Positions 26,501 through 32,000 of a DNA stretch of 32,000 nucleotides are shown piece by piece. Both the position numbers and the translations under genes were made by a program. Source of the stretch: Synechococcus sp. A15-28 (GTDB taxonomy: Bacteria; Cyanobacteriota; Cyanobacteriia; PCC-6307; Cyanobiaceae); assembly GCF_014280175.1 (NCBI RefSeq), contig NZ_CP047931.1, positions 240,001-272,000 of the forward strand. Direction: 5' to 3'. The notes below the pieces were generated by a model that did no database searches, was not told the DNA's origin, and worked only from the letters and a program-made list of their open reading frames with translations. Numbering within the stretch: the stretch's first letter is position 1; every line of letters begins with the position of its first letter.

Positions 26501-26751
26501 CGATCGTGGGAGCCACGGCGGCGACGGTGTGCCAGGGCCAGGGCCCAGACGCACTGCACGGAGTACACACAGTCCCGCACCCAGGCATCGCCGTAGTTGC
26601 CGTGAACGGTGTGGGCCGTGCTGGCGGGCAGCAACCCGCTGACGGGGTCCTGGCGCTGCAGCACCACTTGCTCGATCGAATGATCGAGACGCTCCAGGAT
26701 GTTGTCCCGCTGATCCTGATCCGGTTGGGTCTGTGTTGCCGTCACCACCAT
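23557..26751 (-). CDS. Large GH15 (glucoamylase-like) domain protein resembling the phosphorylase kinase alpha/beta regulatory subunit
   Basis: N-terminal GH15-like motifs GNYGDAWVRDCVYSV, HLQLDATSLFLLQLAQ and YGIWERGDKGNNG, followed by about 600 aa of helical extension. The track start 26784 is TTG; the first ATG is at 26751 (MVVTATQ). Confidence 0.65.
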   Translation of the reverse strand: MVVTATQTQPDQDQRDNILERLDHSIEQVVLQRQDPVSGLLPASTAHTVHGNYGDAWVRDCVYSVQCVWALALAHRRRRGSHDRRAWELEQRVIALMRGLLRAMLRQANKVERFKVSLDPLDALHAKYDSSSGDPVVADDAWGHLQLDATSLFLLQLAQLTRGGCTVIQSRDEVDFIQNLVYYVARAYRTPDYGIWERGDKGNNGKPERNSSSIGMAKAALEALEDLDLFGVHGDGSCQLLIPQGAVVRLRRALESLLPRESSSKEADSACLSVVGFPAWAIEDRDLVQRTLRRVRRELGGAYGYKRFLRDGHQTAVEDVNRLHYEPEELAQFEGIESEWPLFLAFELVTACCEERWQDARTWQNKLTALAVHRDGEALYPELYQVAADRVEAERSRPGSQPRQANSNLPLIWTQSLAWLGEMLLEGLITPEDLDPCERRNAQGLGTDAVLVAFAAETASVRQALIDAGLPLDRGDEITIQPSDALAAQWCCIGANARLGLSGKPLQRIETEDSARLYRQGEQTLAFTAAVLEDSISYLADDPLQLEDSVVDELHLLRRHWRGPGLPLLLIPINAESFQHHPEVFLQLGQTLLTGRIGEIPVQFDRLSQLARQARWVPLREGYADDDNNPSALERKRSDLLQEATDLRDLTAAEEQELDETDADVLRTRLWDTQSLHEQADVLDLLQRRFGASAIETSPQGRSVTIQQLLEEVYHRGLRCQDWSVVRRCAGAMGMVHPQLEDALTDLLVRQKQVVVGRNYSADARLSHPLDSSAIAERIARTSGVDGRERMLEQELLLALDGVARRDPGLLKGILTLQLSQLLLLLTSELAAEQQLSQDEAFEALCSSSPHLIRDRLRQLLSDVEHARAALQRGEQLHVTGRVQWRVPDPLDQPPSGGDWLQHRIRLGSLQKVPRDFYAGIWSLLQHCRGLVIGDKLERRNRLNSRLILEKTAGEKNFATLVEHLLSRIQAPEYRQLCTECLLSLMAFVEANPEVQFDDDLALDVVIGHAVRVGWQQTHPALTASSYSQHKARAWTQFYKASPIECRRWQVAALRELAEQEGLV

Positions 26752-26799
26752 GACCCGCCTTGTCACCGCTTCTAAATTCTCCAATGCAGCCCTTCGGCG

Positions 26800-27534
26800 A
26801 TGGATTCAGTCACCACCACTCCAGATGACCGCCACAGGTACAGGGTTCTCGGCATCCCCGTGGACGTTTGCCGTGATGTTCAGGCTGCTGCCATCGGACT
26901 TCATGCACGCGGTGGTGGTCGCATCGTCACCCTCAACGCTGAGATGACGATGACGGCCCGCACTCTTCCGGAGCTGGGCCATGCCATCGAAGGGGCTGAC
27001 CTGGTCATCCCCGATGGAGCGGGTGTGGTCTGGGCCTTGGCCCGGCAGCGGGTGAGCGTGGTCAAGACCGCGGGCATCGAACTCGCCTGGACGCTTCTCG
27101 GGTATGCCGCAGCCCATGGCTGGCGGGTGGCCCTGGTGGGCGCTGCGCCTGCGGTGATGGACCGTCTTCGGACATCACTCCCGGAGCGACTTCCAGGCCT
27201 GAATCTCGTGATGGCTGTAGATGGTTATCAACCGGCGGAAGCCTGGGATTCCATTGAGGCTCAGCTCAAACGGCTTAAGCCCGACCTTGTGCTCGTGGCC
27301 CTTGGTGTTCCGCGCCAAGAAACTTGGTCTGAGCGGTTGGGCTCAGACCAACAAGGACTCTGGATGGGGGTCGGCGGAAGCTTCGATGTCTGGGCCGGCG
27401 TCAAGAGACGTGCACCTGCATGGATGTGCCGATACCGCGTTGAGTGGTTGTATCGCCTGATTCAGGAGCCCACGCGCTGGAGGCGAATGCTCTCGTTGCC
27501 TGCATTCGCCTGGGCTGTTCTGAAGGGACGCTGA
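26800..27534 (+). CDS. WecB/TagA/CpsF-family glycosyltransferase
   Basis: ATG at 26800. Motifs VIPDGAGVVWA, VLVALGVPRQETW and EWLYRLIQEPTRWRRM are typical of TagA-like N-acetylmannosaminyltransferases. Confidence 0.8.
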   Translation: MDSVTTTPDDRHRYRVLGIPVDVCRDVQAAAIGLHARGGGRIVTLNAEMTMTARTLPELGHAIEGADLVIPDGAGVVWALARQRVSVVKTAGIELAWTLLGYAAAHGWRVALVGAAPAVMDRLRTSLPERLPGLNLVMAVDGYQPAEAWDSIEAQLKRLKPDLVLVALGVPRQETWSERLGSDQQGLWMGVGGSFDVWAGVKRRAPAWMCRYRVEWLYRLIQEPTRWRRMLSLPAFAWAVLKGR

Positions 27535-27678
27535 TCAGCGGAAACCGACGGAGGCCTGCCAGACGAAGGCCAGCAGTAGGAAGAACACCGGGATCAGAGG
27601 AAGAATGTCGATCAGCGGAGAGAAGGCCTGATAGGCCTCGGGCAGCTGAGCCAGCAGGTCGAGGGTGAAGGCGGCCAT
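27535..27678 (-). CDS. psbK: Photosystem II reaction centre protein K
   Basis: Own translation: [47 protein letters not shown] (47 aa), the canonical PsbK sequence ending AFVWQAxVGFR. ATG at 27678-27676 and TGA at 27537-27535. It is below the ORF-track length cut-off. Confidence 0.93.
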   Translation of the reverse strand: MAAFTLDLLAQLPEAYQAFSPLIDILPLIPVFFLLLAFVWQASVGFR

Positions 27679-27709
27679 CCCTAGTGTTCAAAAGGCGTTG
27701 GGCTGGACG

Positions 27710-28828
27710 CTACCACGTGTGATGGGCAGGTGAGCCTGGCTCCCAGGGAGCGAAATCCTCTGAAAAACACCCGTCCCGGATGGCCTGCGCCATAGCGGTG
27801 GTAAAACGCACCAGCTGGGTGATGTTGTGAATGCTCAGCAAAGTGAGGCCCAGCAGTTCCTCGCTGCGGATCAAATGATGCAGATAGGCCCGGGTGTGTC
27901 CGGTGCAAGCCACACAGGAGCAACTCGGATCCAGGGGTGTGTGGTCGTGCCGGAAGCGGGCATTACGGAGGTTCCAGCGCTCGCCATTGACCAGGGCTGT
28001 GCCGTGGCGCCCCAGGCGGGTGGGCAAGACGCAGTCGAACAGGTCGATGCCGTTGGCCACGGCGATGGCCATCTCCCGCAGGGTGCCGATGCCCATCAGG
28101 TATCGCGGTTTGTGGGTTGGGAGCAGGGGCGTGACGTCTCGCACGATGCGATGCATTTCCTCCACCGGCTCGCCGACGCTGACGCCGCCGACGGCAATCC
28201 CCGGCAAGTCGAAGTCGGCCACGGCTCGAGCACTCTCGCGGCGCAGATGGGGAAAGCATCCGCCCTGAACGATGCCGAACAGAGCCTGGTCTTCCCGCGT
28301 GTGCGCTTCAACGCAGCGGGCCAGCCAGGCGTGGGTGCGCCGGCAGGCATCGATCACGTCGTTTTCGGTGGCGGGATAGGGCGGACACTGGTCAAAAGCC
28401 ATGGCCACGTCCGCCCCCAGGGCCATCTGGATCTGCGTGGCGTGTTCCGGCGTCATGTCGATGGTGCGTCCATCGCGGGGGTTTCGGAACACCACCCCAC
28501 GGTCATCGATTTTGTTGAGGTCCCCCAGGCTGAACACCTGAAAGCCGCCGGAGTCGGTGAGCATCGGGCCGTCCCAGCCCATGAACCGGTGCAACCCCCC
28601 GGCTGCCGCCACGATCTCTTCGCCGGGTTGCAGATGCAGGTGATAGGTGTTGGAGAGCACCATCTGAGCCCCGGTGCGGCCCAGTTGCTCGATGCTGATC
28701 CCCTTGACGGTGGCGAGTGTGCCCACGGGCATGAATCGGGGCGTGTGCACCGGTCCATGGGGTGTGTGAAAGCAGCCACAGCGGGCAGCGGTCTTGGCGC
28801 AATGGGCGCTGATCTCGAAGCCGAACAA
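27710..28828 (-). CDS. tgt: Queuine tRNA-ribosyltransferase
   Basis: [41 protein letters not shown] and the Zn site [17 protein letters not shown]. The start at 28828 is TTG, and an in-frame stop lies 27 nt upstream. Confidence 0.92.
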   Translation of the reverse strand: MFGFEISAHCAKTAARCGCFHTPHGPVHTPRFMPVGTLATVKGISIEQLGRTGAQMVLSNTYHLHLQPGEEIVAAAGGLHRFMGWDGPMLTDSGGFQVFSLGDLNKIDDRGVVFRNPRDGRTIDMTPEHATQIQMALGADVAMAFDQCPPYPATENDVIDACRRTHAWLARCVEAHTREDQALFGIVQGGCFPHLRRESARAVADFDLPGIAVGGVSVGEPVEEMHRIVRDVTPLLPTHKPRYLMGIGTLREMAIAVANGIDLFDCVLPTRLGRHGTALVNGERWNLRNARFRHDHTPLDPSCSCVACTGHTRAYLHHLIRSEELLGLTLLSIHNITQLVRFTTAMAQAIRDGCFSEDFAPWEPGSPAHHTW

Positions 28829-28857
28829 GGCAAGGACCCCCCTGCCTCGACCCTACG

Positions 28858-29619
28858 GTGAGACCCGGACCGTTCAACAGAGCCATCGCCCGGAGCGTCT
28901 CCCCCTGGTTGTCAGATCTGGCGGGAGCCTGGATCTTTTACAGCGTGCTGCCGGCCTGGCCCTGGCCGTCGCCACGGTTCCATCGCATCGCCAGATTCGC
29001 CTCCTGGATCGGCCTGGTGATCGGTGCCCTGCAAGCCCTGCTCTGCTGGGGACTGCTTCAGCTCGGTTGGACCATCAGCGCTGCAGCGCCCATGGCGATC
29101 GCCCTCGGCATCTGGCTCAGCGGTGGCCTGCATCACGATGGTCTGATGGACACGGCCGATGGTCTGGCGGCTGGCCAGGAGCGTTGTCTGGAGGCGATGG
29201 AGGACAGCCGGGTAGGGGCCAGCGGTGTGCTCGCTCTGGTCATGGTGCTCATGCTGCAGCTTGGCGCCCTGATCGAGCTGGGTCTCGCAGCGCCAGCGGC
29301 CCTGGTCATGGCTGGGGTCTGGAGCCGAGTGGCACCGCTGTGGGCCATGGCCCGTTTTCAGTACCTACGCCGCGATGGAACCGCCGGATTCCATCGGCGC
29401 CATGGACGACCCCTCTGGGATGCTCTCCCCAGTGCAGCCGTGCTTCTGGTGCTGGCCATGCTGCAGACCCCGGTCATGGTGCTGGCGGGAGCTCCCGTTG
29501 CGCTGGTGGTGGCGGAGGGCCTCGGTCGGCGCCTGGGGGGCCACACCGGCGACAGTTATGGCGCGGTGCTGGTGCTCACGGAAACCCTCACGCTCGTGCT
29601 GTTGGCTCTGGCCACCTGA
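28858..29619 (+). CDS. cobS: Adenosylcobinamide-GDP ribazoletransferase (cobalamin synthase)
   Basis: GTG start at 28858. Polytopic membrane protein with the CobS motif GGLHHDGLMDTADGL. 253 aa. Confidence 0.85.
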   Translation: MRPGPFNRAIARSVSPWLSDLAGAWIFYSVLPAWPWPSPRFHRIARFASWIGLVIGALQALLCWGLLQLGWTISAAAPMAIALGIWLSGGLHHDGLMDTADGLAAGQERCLEAMEDSRVGASGVLALVMVLMLQLGALIELGLAAPAALVMAGVWSRVAPLWAMARFQYLRRDGTAGFHRRHGRPLWDALPSAAVLLVLAMLQTPVMVLAGAPVALVVAEGLGRRLGGHTGDSYGAVLVLTETLTLVLLALAT

Positions 29620-30742
29620 GCTGAAAAGCATTCCCCTGGTCTGGCAGCTCTGCTGCCAGGCGCGACGGCTCAACGCAGAGTTCAAGCCTTCCTCCATCAC
29701 GTTCCGCCAGTTGACGGGCGAGGGCGAGCCCCAGGCCGGTGCCCGGACGTTCACGACCACGAAGGCCCCGCACCCCCTCCTGGAAGATCGCCTCCCGTTC
29801 ATGCACGTCGATCGCCGGGCCGCCATCCCAGACGCATAAGCCGTCCGGCAAAGGCGTCAGTCCGATGGCTGTGCCGGGGGGGCTGTAGCGGAAGGCATTT
29901 TCCAGAAGGTTCGCCACGATTTCCGCAGTGGCCGCGATCTCTGCTGATTCAGAGGCCCAGGCCGGCCAGATCTCAGGCCCGTGCCACGGCCGGCCTTGCA
30001 GCGTGGCCATGGCCATGGCTCGCTCGATCAACGGCATCAGCTGCTGCTTGAGGCTGGTGTCCACGGCGCTGGTGTCCGGCGGAAGCAGCAGGGGTGCAGG
30101 CTCGGGCTGACGTCCGCTCAGGGCTGGTTGCCCGATGCTGTCGAGGGCATTGACATAGCGATTGAGCTGGTTCTGCTCCGCCAGCATTCCTTCGACGAGC
30201 GGGCGATGTTCGCTGCTGCTTTCGAGCCGCCTCAGCAGCAACTGGGCGTAGGTGCGCAGCGCTGAGAGGGGATTGCGCAGCTGATGAACCATGGTGCGCA
30301 GCTGGGTTTGCTGCTGATCCAAGGCACTGCGCAGCTGAAGGCATTCGAGGTCTGTCGCCAGCCCATGACTGAGGGCAGCAGCGCCATCCCGCAGTTGCTG
30401 GTCCCGTTGCGGATGCCACGCTTCGGCAGGGCCAAGGTCGGCGCGCAGGGCTCCCAGGATCAGGTCCCCATCGCGTAAGGGGTACCAGCGGCGCTCCTGA
30501 GCTGGACGCCGCAGCTCGGGATCCGCATCGGCGGGGGGAAGTGATCGATCTGCAGCCGACACCTGTCGAATCAGAAAAAGGGGGGGGTGGTCCTTGTCCC
30601 CTGTCTGGCTGATGTAGAGGGCGAGATGCTGGTAGCCGTGGTTTCGGTTTAGTTGCTCCAGCTGCTGCTCCGCAAAGGTCAGGAAGCGTTCCGTCAGCTG
30701 CAATGGGCCAGGTGGGCGGATGGACACAGAGCCACGGAGCAA
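29588..30742 (-). CDS. Soluble sensor histidine kinase with an N-terminal GAF-like domain (Hik2/CSK-like)
   Basis: H-box MVHQLRNPLSALRTYAQLL, N-box ANLLENAFRYS and G2 GTGLGLALARQLAE. There are no TM segments. The start is TTG at 30742 or GTG at 30727. The Hik2 assignment comes from architecture only. Confidence 0.75.
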   Translation of the reverse strand: MLRGSVSIRPPGPLQLTERFLTFAEQQLEQLNRNHGYQHLALYISQTGDKDHPPLFLIRQVSAADRSLPPADADPELRRPAQERRWYPLRDGDLILGALRADLGPAEAWHPQRDQQLRDGAAALSHGLATDLECLQLRSALDQQQTQLRTMVHQLRNPLSALRTYAQLLLRRLESSSEHRPLVEGMLAEQNQLNRYVNALDSIGQPALSGRQPEPAPLLLPPDTSAVDTSLKQQLMPLIERAMAMATLQGRPWHGPEIWPAWASESAEIAATAEIVANLLENAFRYSPPGTAIGLTPLPDGLCVWDGGPAIDVHEREAIFQEGVRGLRGRERPGTGLGLALARQLAERDGGRLELCVEPSRLAAELPDQGNAFQLRWPEPTARA

Positions 30743-30755
30743 TGGTTAAGGGGAC

Positions 30756-30783
30756 TTGAAAATTCTAGGAAAAGTCTTAATAT
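30756..30783 (+). promoter_or_regulatory. Candidate sigma70-type promoter TTGAAA-N16-TAATAT facing the 31081 CDS
   Basis: TTGAAA at 30756-30761 and TAATAT at 30778-30783, inside the only AT-rich block of the window. The predicted transcript would have a leader of about 290 nt. Confidence 0.3.
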
Positions 30784-30786
30784 CCA

Positions 30787-30813
30787 TTTATAGACCGGTC
30801 CGCTGTTCGTCAA
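30787..30813 (-). promoter_or_regulatory. Candidate promoter TTGACG-N15-TATAAA facing the histidine kinase gene
   Basis: The reverse complement of 30787-30813 reads TTGACGaacagcggaccggtcTATAAA. The spacer is 1-2 nt short of optimal. The element lies about 45-60 nt upstream of the kinase start. Confidence 0.3.
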
Positions 30814-31080
30814 GAGCAGACGCCCGCCAACCCTTGTATCGGTTGCATTTCTGTTGCGACCAAAGTTACAGCAGAGGCTGAAGCGTTCTTTGCTGGGTGC
30901 CGTTTCCGGCATCGCCATTGGTGTTGGTGATCTTCTGAATGGCTGAGGGTTGCCCGCAGCCGTTGCATGACGCGGTCTGAAGACGCCTTTGCGTCGACCA
31001 GCCCCAGGTAATGACGGAAGGTTTCGGCCTCTCCGGTCCCCTTCTCTCTTCTCTTACTCACTGTTCACCGGAGTTCGACC

Positions 31081-31449
31081 ATGTCCAAAAAGCGCAAGCG
31101 CATCAGCCGCCGTCGTCTGGCGGGGCAACGGGTCCTCGCCCATGTGTCCACCCATCACCTGGAAACCGGTGAGTACAAGCCCGTAACGGCAGCCCGCCGT
31201 TACATCGCAGAGGCCGGATTGGTGCCTCCTGCTCTGCTCAATGTGCGTCGCAACGAACACACCACCGATCGCTTCTTCTGGGGCGAGAAGGGTTTGTTCA
31301 GCGCTCAGTACGCCGAAGAAAATCACTTTCTCTTCCCCTCCTTGCGCACCATCGTCGATTCGATCGGTGAAGACACCCTGTTCGAAGGGCTTGATTTCGC
31401 CGCCGATGATTGGGAGGAGATGGAAGAGTACGAATACGCCTTCGTTTGA
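31081..31449 (+). CDS. Conserved-looking hypothetical protein with a basic N-terminus and an acidic C-terminus
   Basis: ATG at 31081, preceded by GGAG 8 nt upstream. N-terminus MSKKRKRISRRRLAGQR and C-terminus DDWEEMEEYEYAFV. Codon usage looks coding. I cannot name a family. Confidence 0.6.
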   Translation: MSKKRKRISRRRLAGQRVLAHVSTHHLETGEYKPVTAARRYIAEAGLVPPALLNVRRNEHTTDRFFWGEKGLFSAQYAEENHFLFPSLRTIVDSIGEDTLFEGLDFAADDWEEMEEYEYAFV

Positions 31450-31450
31450 A

Positions 31451-32000
31451 TCAGGACCCAGCGAGGATCTGGTTCAGAAACGACGCCAACGGTTGCATCA
31501 TCTCCTCTGGGATGGTGTGACCGTTTTCAAATGTGATGGTCCAACAGCGGTCGGGCTGAAGACGTTCAGCGATGGCATCCAAGGCGTTTTGCGGCACGAT
31601 CGTGTCCTGAAGGCCATGCATCGCCAGCACATGGGGATGGTGCGCCGGGGGCTGCCAGTCGGGGTGGGGGTAGCCGCTGCAGGAGATCACCCCAGCAATG
31701 GGTAGGTTGCAGCCGCAGTGGAGTGCCATGGCGCCGCCCTGGGAGAAACCCAGCAACACGGTGCGGCCCATCGGTGCTCCTTGGCTGCTGATCGTCTGCA
31801 GCCGCCGCTGAAGCGCCTCGATGGCTGATGGCACGGCGTCCCAGTCGGCAGGGAAGAGGCCATACCACTGGCGGCCGGGTGGTTGCGGATGGAGGTGGGG
31901 AGCCTCCAGCGCCATCACTTCCATGGAGTGATCCATGGCGTTGGCGAGGGATCGCCCCAGTGGTTCCAGATCATCGGCCGTGGCCCCCCAGCCGTGAAGC
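31451..32000 (-). CDS. Phospholipase/carboxylesterase-family alpha/beta hydrolase; 5' end lies outside the window
   Basis: The frame continues upstream of the track Met (31936) to the window edge as LHGWGATADDLEPLGRSLANA. Nucleophile elbow LLGFSQGGAMAL. Stop TGA at 31451-31453. Confidence 0.8.
   Translation of the reverse strand, partial: LHGWGATADDLEPLGRSLANAMDHSMEVMALEAPHLHPQPPGRQWYGLFPADWDAVPSAIEALQRRLQTISSQGAPMGRTVLLGFSQGGAMALHCGCNLPIAGVISCSGYPHPDWQPPAHHPHVLAMHGLQDTIVPQNALDAIAERLQPDRCWTITFENGHTIPEEMMQPLASFLNQILAGS

Noticed and set aside
28829-28857. Possible cobalamin riboswitch upstream of cobS or preQ1-type element upstream of tgt.
   Set aside because: The divergent intergenic gap is only 29 bp, far too short for either riboswitch.
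30575-30587. Homopolymer run A5G8 (the minus strand reads CCCCCCCCTTTTT) inside the histidine kinase CDS, considered as a possible slipped-strand phase-variation site or frameshift.
   Set aside because: The reading frame is intact through the tract (DHPPLF). The tract is short, and phase variation is not a known feature of these genomes. It is more relevant as a sequencing-error hotspot.
30810-31061. 83-aa GTG-initiated minus-strand ORF in the long intergenic region.
   Set aside because: Its third-position GC is lower than in neighbouring genes, it has no recognisable domain, and it starts 19 nt from a divergent CDS. It is kept only as a possibility under the intergenic-region finding.
1-32000. 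Searched for CRISPR arrays, transposases or IS ends, integrases, toxin-antitoxin pairs, restriction-modification genes and known defence-system genes.
   Set aside because: I found no direct-repeat arrays, terminal inverted repeats or matching protein motifs. The Cas4-like nuclease stands alone without cas neighbours or repeats.

Overview
High-GC (about 60%), very compact cyanobacterial chromosome segment. Gene content and protein sequences (psbK, tgt, cobS, fabI-hisB, pyrE, a nudix-photolyase operon, a Hik2-like kinase) point to a marine Synechococcus-type picocyanobacterium. I support 32 CDS (two truncated by the window edges), one tRNA (anticodon CAT) and one small photosystem gene (psbK, 47 aa) that the ORF track misses. 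Coding density exceeds 90%. Many neighbouring genes are translationally coupled (ATGA or TGATG junctions) and several convergent genes overlap at their 3' ends. Many track 'M' starts are really GTG or TTG, so I re-picked starts by reading the codons. No CRISPR array, transposase, integrase, phage module or recognisable defence system is visible. The most interesting locus is a tightly coupled four-gene minus-strand operon (15521..10687). It encodes a SABATH-like SAM methyltransferase, a Glu/Leu/Phe/Val-family amino-acid dehydrogenase, a sarcosine/pipecolate-oxidase-like flavoenzyme and a BCCT transporter. This enzyme set matches no characterised compatible-solute pathway I know. It would be chemically sufficient for lysine -> piperideine-2-carboxylate -> picolinate -> N-methylpicolinate (homarine) or a related N-methylated solute; that is a hypothesis only. 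Second is a domain-permuted two-gene photolyase homologue (FAD-domain gene first, N-terminal alpha/beta-domain gene 16 nt downstream) with a possible Fe-S cysteine set, lying a few kb from a canonical nudix-phrA operon. Other points are a 1064-1075 aa GH15 / phosphorylase-kinase alpha-beta-like protein, a Cas4-like RecB-family nuclease fused to an exonuclease domain, a Cys-rich insertion in a DegT aminotransferase, and a 338-bp partly AT-rich intergenic region with back-to-back promoter-like elements.
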